Below, piece by piece: positions 25,901-37,424 of a stretch of DNA of 64,000 bases. The stretch spans positions 2,418,001 to 2,482,000 of the forward strand of contig OZ316776.1 in NCBI GenBank assembly GCA_973851085.1, given 5' to 3'. How positions within the stretch are numbered: position 1 is the stretch's first letter; every line of letters begins with the position of its first letter. The notes beneath the pieces are model-generated. The model did not search any database. It saw nothing but the letters and a program-made list of their open reading frames with translations, and was not told the DNA's origin. The position numbers and the translations under genes are program-made. Origin of the DNA: Ptychomitrium polyphyllum. Lineage: Eukaryota.

Positions 25901-28700
25901 TTGCCTGCAACGACTCACACCTGTTGTCATGTATTATCATTCTTTCATGTGGTCCACTTGGGATTTGATTCTCATTCCGACTACAACATTGCAACAACAA
26001 GAATTACGGTATAACACTTTGAGAACTACAAACTAGAATAAACTCACTGTTATTCCCCTTCTTCACATGTAGTCAAGTATCATTTTGTTTTGATTACCAT
26101 TAGTGTCCAGGTTATAACTTTAAGCAAACTTATAATTTGCCTCAAATTCAGTTCATATGCAACATATAGCATGCTAGAATTGTCTAGGTGATTTCTCAAG
26201 TATGTAGGCTTCCCTTTCACTCATTGAATCGTCCATTCTGAAGCTCCAGTCGCCTGAGTCCATTTCTTTGCATGCAAGACTCCCCCAATCCTCCAGCTCG
26301 GCGTTGTCTAAGTGGGGACAACACAATCCACTTATAAAGAAATTGGACCACCGTTATTAACCAACATATCCCAGCAGTCTTGATCCTACTCGTAACCTCA
26401 CGCCATGAATGCTTTGTACTGCTCCAACGTACTGGATCATTTTAATAAATTTTCGGCATGTGCAGGCATCACCTCGGTAGGTCGAAGTGTGGACTTCAGC
26501 AACTTCTATTTAGTTACTGGGCAAATAACATGAGTGAGAATGTGGGGTCCAGCTACCAAAGGGACTTTGCAATATACTCATAAGCTTCAATTTTAACTCC
26601 ACAAGACGTCTGTTTTGATAGCTTACAATATGATGAATTGGGGTGATATCTCACCTACAATACGTGGGCATACAGTTGAGCTAGGGAAGTGGATGTCACA
26701 TGGTGCCCATCATTGTTCTGTGTTTGCTCTCATGATTGGATAGACGGTGTCTTTTGCACAGTTTTTCACCACATTCATAGGCTGTTGTAATTCTTGGTTC
26801 AGCCTCAACTTTCCAGGAGAAGCTTAGAGATCGCCTGTTAGTATATCATGATGTATTAACTCAGAACAGAAATACAGATAGATATGGTACTACTCCAACC
26901 GAATATCATCATTGCTACTTAGACCTTGAGACTCAATCACTGAGTTGTTAAAAATTTATTAAATTAAGATATTGACCATTAAATATCGATCATTTACTGA
27001 CAAAGGATCTAAGGCAGCTACAGAGAAACCATAGTAGGATACGAACATAACCTTCCATTGACCTAGTCATGCGAGGTCTTCAAAGCTCTATCAAGGACTC
27101 TAACGCTACTGGACCGGCTTCTTTATGCCAACGATTCGCACACAATGCCCAGACTTTGATGAGATTGTACACATGTACACTAGCTGGTGCACTTCTTCCA
27201 CTCCACATCGAGACAAGACAAGGAACAACTTAGTAGTCCCATTATCATTCATTGCTGGAAATCAACCAATCCAAACAGAAAATGCAAAGACGGTTTCACT
27301 GCTTCTGCAGCTCTTTGGTAAAGGATATGATTCGACAGAAGAATCGTTGGGGCATACTACTAAAGGGATATCGCCAATCACCAAGCTATTCCCTTCTTTA
27401 TCCCCCGATTTTGGCGTTAACAGCATTATTGGCCACATTCGTTCTTCCTTCCAAATTCTGTAATGTCAGAGTTGCAATTGTTGTCAAGTCTTCAGATTTA
27501 GTAACACGAATTCACTGCTGTACACTCTCTGCAAGCCTCTGCACGTATGTTAGTACAATATCTTCCTGTCATGACCCCATTTTTTGTCACATCTGCCAAA
27601 TCCGACATTTTGCAGGTTCTTAATCTGGCAAGAGCTGTACTCACGTGATTACAAAACCTTCATAACAAATGAATCTTGTACAGAAATCAATATCTCTTTA
27701 GCAACCACAGCTACAGAGAACAGGGGTAATTCTTTTTCAACCGGTTGATTGATGAGAACTGGATTGCATAAAGCTTCTCCCTGTCGAAAATCTTCTACCA
27801 TTCTTAGAGTTTAGGCTGAATTTCACTACACTGTTTAGAAACTTCTCTTTTCAGGGCCGGTAATGACAGAAGCAATTTTGTCAGCTTTCGTTTGCCATCT
27901 CTCTCGTATGTACAGATATTGCCTCGCTGCGGTACAACTCAAGCGGTATTACTGTCAACGTAATTATGTGAGTGCGCCCTTTACCAAGCTGGCCAGCCTG
28001 GTGGAAAGAAGAGTCGCACATCCGGCGACAGGTTCGAATGTGTGTTCAGACATTTGTCAGACGGCAGACAGCTCCTCAGCTCCCGTACTACTGCTCTACT
28101 CAGGTGTTGTTACTTACGCAACATTTTCTGATTTTACTGTCAATCCACTCATGCAGCTCCATCTCTATTCAAGAACAACACAGCTTTAATACTGGTGAGG
28201 GGCCCAGTTTGGTAAGTCCAGTTCAATGTCAGAAATGAGCAAGCTCGATTGGTGGACCCCCATCACATGCGGTTTCATTGGGGCTTCACCGAGATGTATC
28301 TTGGACGCCACCCTCTTACTGCCTGGTGTGACACCATCTCTCCACTCCATTATGAAGTTTGTTGCGATTAAGATAGAATGAGAAGAGAGAAGGACGATTT
28401 TCAGTTGCGAGGTGTACCTCGTCTCGGTATCCGCTGTGCGTTTCACCAAATTTAGAGCCTTGGAATAAGACATGCCGAGCGAGGACATTATTGATCAGCG
28501 CTGCTCGTGCTCGAGCTGTTACATGTGTAAAACTTACTAGACGGTCTTAGATCTATTCATCTGCAACGTACTGGTAAGCATTAAACAATGCACTACGCAC
28601 ATCTCTGTCTCCGTGGTTTTGCAGATTTGAAAATTAAGGAGGCGGTAGCAAGTCTTGTCTTTACTTGCTGATTGAATGCAAGCTTCTGACGTAGATGTCT
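23000..28700 (+). pseudogene. Putative heavily degraded endogenous negative-strand RNA virus (Mononegavirales-like) L polymerase relic; boundaries approximate
   Basis: Colinear motif-like fragments on the + strand: YGYPQLD 23461, FLKAVS 23786, RNREAK/GRNL 23955-23983, ISGDSTEKFHQG 24343, LFNWHK..PLYINENPDC 24429, TDNQA 24663, RLKP 24747, D(P)YG 25391, LDHRY 26343, TGEGP 28191. Recognised by eye only. Confidence 0.5.
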
Positions 28701-29550
28701 GCGATGTAGTTGATACTGCATCCAGCAGCTCAAACAGAACTCTACCATGATTCGCACATGAGCTCTCTCTAATAGCGAGCTTTCAGGACAGAAATCTAAT
28801 CGTGAGAGAGCTCAGACTTGATATTGTGAGATTTCTGGGCCGCATAGGGCTATGGCTATCATGAACATCTTCCTACAGCGAAGCTCTGTACAACTATTGT
28901 TGCTTTCTCAATTGCCCCTTCAAGTAGGTTCTAGTTATGAATGGTTGGTTCTTGTTCTCCCTCCCATCTCTTAAACTAAGATTTCATCAAGATTGCAGCC
29001 TATCTAGGGCTCCTCAGTACTTCAAATTCCCCCTACGAGTTGTGCTGCAAGTCTCAGTTTATAACCAGCAGATTGCGAGTAGAGAAATTAGATATAATTA
29101 GATTTTTGTTAAAATCACAAGCTGCTTAGTTGATGTAAAGATCAAGCTCTGCGTGACAAATCCACCAGACTGTTGATGATACGACTTCAACAATGGAGTC
29201 TTAAACTTGCACAAGGATGGCTGATTGTCTGCCCGCTATCACTGAGGCGCGAACAGAGAGAAGTGGAGTCCGAATAGTAGGTGCCAAATCAATAACCTGA
29301 AGAAATCGTATGAATTTGTGGAGTAACAAGGGATTGCAAACAGATCTTGGGATGAGGCTGCTCCAATGAGACAAGTAAACACTGAACCTACGCTTCCTTG
29401 AGGTACGTAGTACAGTCGCAGGTAACTCATGTGGTAATGAGAAGCATGCAATTACCTTCAATGTGTGAGCTGAATCAACGGACAGGCAGTTGTTTCATGC
29501 TCATAAACATTGAAATGATTGTCTCATAAGCTTGGTAGAGACGACTGACA

Positions 29551-31620
29551 ATGAAGAAGAAGACGACATGGGCGGCGTCAGTGGTGAAGAAACAGCTGCA
29601 GACATGCTGCAAACACCAGACGTTCTCTTTAGAGACAACCGAGAGAGACGACACTTCTCAGGGATTCGGATCGCCGTCGCGAGTGATCCACATCTCATCC
29701 CCGATGAAAGGAGCCAACAACCCTGTCCTCCAAAGACGCAAATCGTTCAACGTCTCGCACGCAAGGAATCTTCTGACGACCCCAGAGCCACTAACTCCAT
29801 TTCGAAAGTCCGTGGAATCCGCCATTCCTCTATGTCGATCGTCGACTTTCAAGTCCGCAAAGCTGCAGAATACGAAATCCTTACCCGACCTCGCAGGAGG
29901 TACGCCACGGGTGCTGGCCACTATGGAAGCGCCATCGAAGGGCAAGGTTCTGCACAAATCCGGACCACTTCCAGTGTTGCAGCAGCTGTTTCGAGGGAGT
30001 CTCCAGGGTGGTATCATCTCTTCGCCATTGAATGTGAAGAAGCAGCTCTCTGGGCCGCTTATGAGCATTCCACGGAAGCCGTTGAGCGGAGCGCCATCGC
30101 CCAAGCAATCAGTACTCGGGGTTCCATTCCCGCAACGTCTTTCCAAGGTAAAATTCTCTCCCACTCCACATGAAATCGCGGCCAATGGCATGCTTTCGAA
30201 CATGATTACCGAAGAAGAACCTCCGAAGGTTAGGCAGATTGTGCCTGCCAACGTGAAGAAGCAACTCAATCCTGTATTTGATAAGAAAGGCTCTAGAGAA
30301 TCCGGCCGAACTTCGAAAACTGAATGCTATCCCACTCCATCGTCACCTGAAGTAAAACCGGTGACAACGAAGACTTTAACCGAAGCTGTAACCAGTAAGC
30401 TTGAATGTCTAGAAAAGGAAGAAGCTCGTGTACTACGATGCAGAAAATCGAATTTGAGGGAAGGGAGTACCGAGAAGAGCGACGCAGCAGACTGCTTGGA
30501 AAAGGATTACGTCTCTGCAGCTGTGAAGATCCAAGCAGCATATCGTGGCCATCAAACTCGAAAGATACTGACCGGTGAGGTGCGAGGTAGCTCTCACCCT
30601 AGTGAGGATACTACAGAAGAAGAGGTAGAGGAAGCGCCCTCGATCAGCACGCAGATGTCAAGAACAGACCCACAGAAGCAAAGGAGGAATCCGCCTCCTC
30701 GAGTGAACAGGGGGTGGAATGGAAGCATGCGCTCGGCGCAAGATCACCAGGCTCTGCTCAGGAGCAGGCAAGAAGCCACATTGAAGCGTGAGCGGGCGAT
30801 GGAGTACGCCTTGTCGAGGCAGCGTTGGAGAACAGGGTCAAGACCAGCAAAGGGACCAGTCTGGTGCACAGATGATCGGTTGCCGGACAAGCCCGGATGG
30901 GTGCGCAACTGGCTGAATCGCGCCACGAGAATGAGCGTACAAAACTCACAAAACAGAGTGTTTGATGACGACTTCGAGCAGAACGACCCTCAGAGTGAGA
31001 GCCTCTCAATGAAGAGCACGGTGGGAATGTGCACAACTGACATCGGAAGCGCGGAGGTGAATCTAGGATGGCCTCTCTCCCTCCGACAGCAGCATGCTGC
31101 AGGGCTATTGCAACCGAGGTCTCCAATTCCTGAGCCACCGGCATTACAGACGGAATCCCCAACTCTCCCAGTGCCACAGCAGAGAAAGAGATCGCAGTAC
31201 GTGAACGGTGGTGCTGAGGAGCTCAAGAGAGAAGTGTTCTCCTCCTGCTCGGCGGGCAGCGGCATCCTGAGCTCCACGAGCGATGAATCACCATCTGAGG
31301 TTCTCAGTCCCAGGAACGAAGCTCACGAGGTTGAATCCTCAGGGCGACAACATGGCCACCATACTGAGCTGGAGAGCGTGGGCAGCTGCGAAGGCCCTGC
31401 ACCTACGCTCAGCAAATTGCCATCTCCAGGCGTCGCCTCGAAATCACGCTTGCAGCAGGCAGCGCAGCACAAGCTCTCCAACTCCAACTCGCTCAAGGAA
31501 GGTGCGAAGCGCGACCGCTTGTTCGCTCTGCGTCCGCAATCGCAGGTTTCTGTGGCGCTCTCAGATGGGAATTCTGCGGACACGACGGCAGCATCAGTGC
31601 AGCATCCGCTTGGGCGATAA
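29551..31620 (+). CDS. IQ-domain (IQD-like) calmodulin-binding protein, 689 aa, intronless
   Basis: N-terminus MKKKTTWAASVVKK, IQ motif SAAVKIQAAYRGHQTRK, and IQD-typical block GWNGSMRS...RQEATLKRERAMEYALSRQ...GWVRNWL. Confidence 0.88.
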   Translation: MKKKTTWAASVVKKQLQTCCKHQTFSLETTERDDTSQGFGSPSRVIHISSPMKGANNPVLQRRKSFNVSHARNLLTTPEPLTPFRKSVESAIPLCRSSTFKSAKLQNTKSLPDLAGGTPRVLATMEAPSKGKVLHKSGPLPVLQQLFRGSLQGGIISSPLNVKKQLSGPLMSIPRKPLSGAPSPKQSVLGVPFPQRLSKVKFSPTPHEIAANGMLSNMITEEEPPKVRQIVPANVKKQLNPVFDKKGSRESGRTSKTECYPTPSSPEVKPVTTKTLTEAVTSKLECLEKEEARVLRCRKSNLREGSTEKSDAADCLEKDYVSAAVKIQAAYRGHQTRKILTGEVRGSSHPSEDTTEEEVEEAPSISTQMSRTDPQKQRRNPPPRVNRGWNGSMRSAQDHQALLRSRQEATLKRERAMEYALSRQRWRTGSRPAKGPVWCTDDRLPDKPGWVRNWLNRATRMSVQNSQNRVFDDDFEQNDPQSESLSMKSTVGMCTTDIGSAEVNLGWPLSLRQQHAAGLLQPRSPIPEPPALQTESPTLPVPQQRKRSQYVNGGAEELKREVFSSCSAGSGILSSTSDESPSEVLSPRNEAHEVESSGRQHGHHTELESVGSCEGPAPTLSKLPSPGVASKSRLQQAAQHKLSNSNSLKEGAKRDRLFALRPQSQVSVALSDGNSADTTAASVQHPLGR

Positions 31621-33124
31621 TATCACTGCAAATTCGCCAACTATCACTGTAGGAATCCTCGTCCTTCCACCTTGAAAGCTCTCTCACAATCAATCTTTGC
31701 AAATTCTACTTTCTATTGTTCTGCTGCAATCTCTGTAGCTGGCTAGCCTGGCCAATGTCGAGACAGTAGAGTTCCCTAACCAAGCATCAGAAACCTTCGC
31801 ACTCTGTATTATGAGCATGGAAGTTTCAAGTCTAGTCTGCGCAGGACTCTCTCTGAATTCCCTCATGTTGTAAAAATCTACGGAATCCCCGAATCCCAAG
31901 AGACTTTAGTTACCATCTACTTGTTTCCCAGCAGATCAAACTTAGAAAGACTAATACAGATGTGTTCTCCGTCAATGTAGGTGCGATTGAGCTCCAGTCT
32001 CGTCTGACGTCTCGTTTCAACAGGAGCTGCCGATTCTACGACGTTAGGGCTTCGCAGACATGCGGATCTGTTAATGCTCTCGGTTTGCTTGACAAGGTGT
32101 GAGGCCATGCGATTGCTGAGAGACTCTTTGGGTCTGTAGCTGCGGGTCACGACGCTCCTGCGAAGTGCCTCCTCTCATCTTCAATCTCTTGGTAGTGTAT
32201 CTCAGTGGGCTTTCATTTAGCAACAGAAGTCATTCCTATCGCTTTGTTTACAGTCTCTGCTCTTGCCAGGAATTTTAGTCTAGCCAAGGTAACATTGTTT
32301 CTAAGGCAGAGCCGACTGATCAATCTGCAGCGACATTTGGTGCATAGAAAGGGTCATTAGGTCTCATGTACAATCATGAAATGTATATTACAGACTATTC
32401 ATAGGAGCTTGAATCGGATCTCTGCATTTATGGAACATCTGCCTGCGAGGCAAATTGGAAACCCACCGTGCAAACGGCACTGTCTGAAAATTTTGGAGAA
32501 GTTACAAGGAACTCTGCTTTCAACTACTTTGCAAGGCGACGTGGTTGATTTTGTGCTCTTCAGGTCTTTCTGAATGCTTCGTTGGACATGTGGATGCGTT
32601 TAATGCTGCAGTTTAGGCTCGCATGATCACCTTCATAGTGAGCACAACGTCGATCCAGCTCTATCTTCCATAATTCGTTTCCATCTTTCTAGCAGCGCGG
32701 CTCTATCTTTACGGTAGAATGTTCGAAGTGCTCTTGTAAGGATTCCTTTTTAGGCTTTCCAAGTGTCAGTGTCATTCTTCACCTTTCACGTTTGGAAAGT
32801 CTCTAAGGTTGGGGGCTAGAATCTCATTAGGTTGGCACAGCAACTAATTCAAGTAGGCATTCTCCAGAAACTCCAGCAGAGCAACCAGCGAAGCCAAACC
32901 CTTGTGAAGCAAGACTCAGTTGTGAAGAAACACAAAGCATTGGATTTAAGTTATCCTGTGCTGTGACGGTTTGTTGTTCAAGCACCAATGCGCGATCACG
33001 AGGTTGGACGTTCCGCAGATAGCAGGTTAAGGAAGCAATGCGGGAATTGCGTCGTTTAAGGAGCGGCAACTTGGAATTTTGAGAAATGCGAAATTGGAGC
33101 AGGGTTAGGATTTATAATTGAGCG

Positions 33125-35420
33125 ATGATGATGTGCGCCGTAGAAGAGGAAGCCGGATTGCCGTCGTTTTACGAGCTCTTGCATCGGTTCTCGCTCTTTG
33201 ATACTTCCGCCTCCTCTAAGTGCGATGTGCAGGTGTTCCATTCTCTACAGCGCTTTGCTCTTTACAAGAAAGGACCTTATTCTGCTTTTTGAGGATCGAG
33301 GGCCCTGATTCCCTTTGGAAACTTATGAGAGTCTTGTACTCAATTCAACCAAGACTGTCTTTGAGTTAGAAACATAGAATCAGGGTTTTTGAATTCCACT
33401 CAATCTCATAGCTTCAGATTCGTGTTGGTTATTTGCAGAGTTTTCGTTGAGCCTACGTGATTGCTCGAGAAGCAAGAAGGGAATTTGTTGTGATACATTC
33501 CGGTGCAATTCCTCAGATAGTAGACTGATGATACTAGGGATTTGCTTCTATGGGGCTAGATTGGAGCGAATGGCTCTGTTTTCTGCAGATGCGAGGGTTG
33601 TGTGCGATGGCATGACTTCGTCGAAGGCCGTGACTCATCTGACAGCGAAGTTAAGTATGAAGTCTTTACCCGGGAACATGTCAGCGGGCTTGCATGTTAC
33701 TTACGGTACGCGAATTGACTTCTTTCTCCTTCTCACATGTCCTTTCTCCTTGTTTCGTTGCATTCTGGAGCTTGATGAGCGAGAGGCCTAGTTATCCCCA
33801 ATCCACAAATTCGTTTCTGTGGCAGGGCGAAAGCAGCCGAGTATGAACTGCCTGTCATGGATGTTCTGGAGGTATGTTATTGCTATGATTTAGTGTGAGT
33901 ATGTGGATCGCCACTGTCAAGCTTCTTCCATCAACTTTGGCTTTGGATTTAGGGTCTAGGGTTTGGAACATGAATTTGGTGCATGTTGTACAGGTTGGTG
34001 CAGGCAGTGGTCGTTTGGCCCAACATCTCAATAGGTTTCTGTCTCGGCTGTCAGATGAGAACCAGGTCAGAGCTCATGGAGTATATGACTCTTGTGCTAT
34101 TAAGGTGGCCTTGATACGATGTGTGTGGTTTGTGTTGTGCTATCCAGGCATTAAATTCTCCTCCACTAAAGAACATTCGTTCTTCAACTTCTCTTGACAA
34201 TTCTTGTATTAGTTTGTTTAATATGTCCACATAGATTTTCTTCATTATCTTTCATCCTGAATTGCCTTGGAACTGAATTTGCAGGGCCCTATAGTGAAAG
34301 TGATAGCAACTGACAGTGGTGCACGAGGTCTGAATGGGCCAGCAGTGAAGGAGGAGGATGCCATTCATGCTATAACTTCTCGAAAAGCTCATATTATCAT
34401 CTCATCGTGGATGGTATGCCTTGAAATAGCTTGCTGTTGACTTCCTTACGATCCAGCCTTGGGATGTTTTAAGGAGTTTGCTTTTAATGTACCGTACTTT
34501 CTGATTTGGGGTGGTCAAGTGACAAGATCTACAAGCTTTTGACGGAGAGCACTGAAGAATCACAATGTTGAGTGGCGGTCAGGTTGTGAGACGATCTCCC
34601 CAGTTCGTGATTGTATTCTAATTCACCATGTTGTGAATGGCAGCCTAGAGGCATTGACTGGACAGCTCACATGAGAACTGAACAATCTGTTCGTGAGTAC
34701 ATACTTATTGGAGAAACAGTAAGTTACCCTTCTTGCTACTCTTAACGTAGTCAAAGGATTTCCCTAGCTAGATTTCGCTTGTATATTCAAGGAAGCTATT
34801 TAGAGAATGCCCTTGCTGTAAATAAACCTAATGCATTCTCCAATTCCTCTATTCTTTTTTTTTGGTGAGTACCGTGTTGTTGATAAAAACAATTGCTCTT
34901 ATTGACAATTATCACTTAATCTTAAACGTGCGCTAGATCCAAAGTAGGCTTTACATAAGGAAGAGTGCAGAGGTTATGTCATCCGTTTTATATATCCTAT
35001 ATATGGAAATGTAGACGTAAATTTATATATACATACATATATAAATATACATATATGTTTTCATTTAACCTCTTCGGTGCTTTACAGGACAATGGAATAT
35101 GCGGATGTCCTTGGGAAACATGGGGATTCTCCTCTGCATGGGACTGGAGTGACTGTGATGATAGTGACTCAAACAACGGTGATCTAGTTCCAAACAGCTT
35201 TAAAATTGACACTAAAATCTCGGTTACGACACTGCCGACCGACGAAAGTCGAGGGTCAGTTGCACCAAGTGGAAGGACGAGGAGAGAGAAGCCGCAGTAT
35301 GAGGAAGATGGATGGGAAAGAACCGAACTGGGCGACCTCAGTGAGCTGCAATTATGTCGAACTGACGAGCGGTGGTCGACCAGTCGCCACTCTCACACCA
35401 TTTCATTCAGAAAGAAATGA
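33125..35420 (+). CDS. Uncharacterised class I SAM-dependent methyltransferase-like protein, about 7 exons (33125-33219, 33589-33705, 33826-33871, 33994-34065, 34285-34413, 34644-34718, 35088-35420)
   Basis: Spliced frame gives YEVFTREHVSGLACYLR...VLEVGAGSGRLAQHL (motif I)...VIATD...IIISSWMPRGIDWT...EYILIGETDNGICG. Introns are GT-AG and in phase. First exon is less certain. Confidence 0.75.
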
Positions 35421-36078
35421 GACTCCTCTGGTGCTCTTATGCCTGGTAGATGGTTGATCACAGAATTGAACAGGGTTAAGGGTGATCCTTGAACAGGTGA
35501 TTTCTTAGGAAAAGTTGGAGATGTTTCACTTGAAACGGACTAGAACTAGTTGCAGGGTTGAATTTTGCCTTCTTCAGTGATTGTTGATTTTTTAATTTTT
35601 GGAACGTTTGATAGACACAAAGATTAAGTCAGCTGGCACTTAAGATATACATTTCGATACTGGACAGAAATATCGGTAGTTAGTAAAATTCGAGGTGGAT
35701 TGACTTGGATTGACCTGGTTATATAAAAAATACGTACAAAATATACCTGTGCTACCGATTTTTCAAAAGCAAACTTTCTGATGTTCTGATGAGCCTGAGA
35801 TGCGCCATATTCCAGCTTTGAATAGGCTGTAAATCATGCAATTCTTGTCTTATGCTCGATATCTGTGATGGTTCCTGTGCTCTTACCGTTGGTTTTGATT
35901 CCTTTTAACAACAGAGGCATAAGACTGGGACAATCTACAGCGAATAAATTTGCAATCTAAGTAGTTGTGATGTCATGCTGGGACATGCGGAATTTGTTGG
36001 ATGGACTTGTTAGATGTTTCGAGGCAAGTTTACTAACTATGAATATGTAATGAAAGATTTTGACCTCGACTCTCCAGA

Positions 36079-36625
36079 ATGAAAAGATATACCAGCGAAG
36101 AGAAAGCCCGATCATATGGTGCAGTGCATCGTTAAGAAAGGCGTCACGGAAGTTCCAGTAGAGTATATTGAGCTACTTCATATGCTTCCAGCAGAGAATC
36201 TACCTCGGATCTGGCAATGATTCAGTGCCCATGATTGACATGACGCTGCTGAAAGACGAGCAAGGGAAGGAGCAAGTACAGGCGGAGATGACTCGCGCCT
36301 GTGAGGAATGGGGATTCTTCTAGGTGAATTTTCAATAACTCAGTTCTTCTCATCTGCATTTGCAAATTGGATAGGTGTTCATGATTAGTTCAAGAGTTCG
36401 CGTCGTCGAGCACTAGTACCCAATACAAGCCTTTTCAGCATTGTCAACTTTGTAATACCTCATCGAGAGACATTGTTGGAACCAGCTGCGGAGCTCTGCA
36501 ACCAAACGAATCCGCCACTATACAAAGCTGTTACATATTATTAGGAGTACATTGTTGAGTTTCTGAAGCATGAAATCAATGCTAAATCACGAGCTGTGGA
36601 GCTGTTTAGGCTGGTTTCTGTAGAT
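36079..36625 (+). pseudogene. 2-oxoglutarate/Fe(II) dioxygenase pseudogene with the central part deleted
   Basis: N-terminal remnant VKKGVTEVPVEYI...VPMIDM...RACEEWGFF* (expected CAG is TAG), followed closely by C-terminal remnant FKSSRRRALV...LEPAAEL...NPPLYKAVTY.*EY. Frameshifts, and no HxD core. Confidence 0.8.
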
Positions 36626-37424
36626 ACCACCATGTAAGATGGCCTTTTGCAAACTGTGGAGAGCATGTACACTTTCTCAGAGTGGCAACAACATTGGTCA
36701 GAGTGGTATCATACTTGGTCAACGAACAACTTTGCAATGTTTTTGAGGAGCTAGAGGGAAAAGTGGGGTTTCAGAGTAATGTAGTAATCCCCAGTCCAGT
36801 GATAAATGATTACTCTCACAAGCGTGTTGATCATTTGAATTGCCAATAGAAGCAGTCGGTCCAGGTTTTGTAATCACCTAAGTTTGGTGATGCCGTCTTG
36901 CTTCGACGGGAATGGTATGAAGTCTGAAATTCTCCTTAAATGGCAGACTTGTTCCATTGATGGTTACTGCGTTGTCGGATAATCGGTACATGAATGTATC
37001 CACTAAGTATACATCATATGAATCTACAGATCTATCACTATATAGACAGTCATTCTATTCGAGTCCACTGAGTTATGCCGGTAATGACAAAACGCAATCC
37101 TGAATCACCGTGAAATGATTCATGCCGTCGTAGCCAGAACAACTAAAACCACAGTACCGTAGTCACATGGCAGGTTTGTTACCAATCAATTCTATACAAT
37201 AATTTTGGGAAAATTTCTTTCAAAAAGAACTTAAGTTGGAAAGGGAACAGATTTGAAGTATATGTGTTTTGACGAACTACTTTTAGACGATATTAGTATA
37301 TTCATCAATTAAGTGACGAACCTGCTGTATGACTACGGTTGCAAGTGTACAACAAAGCTCCAAGTCTAGAAAGTAGAAAGCTAACCAACCTGTCAGTTCC
37401 AATCCTAATTATTCATCTTCTATA

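Noticed and set aside
26300..26340. LSKWGQHN as an RdRp motif A
   Set aside because: Lacks the catalytic Asp and is out of order relative to the better motif A and C candidates at 24343 and 24663.
29532..30269. 213-aa and 203-aa ORFs overlapping the IQD gene
   Set aside because: Alternative-frame and antisense shadows of a GC-rich coding region.
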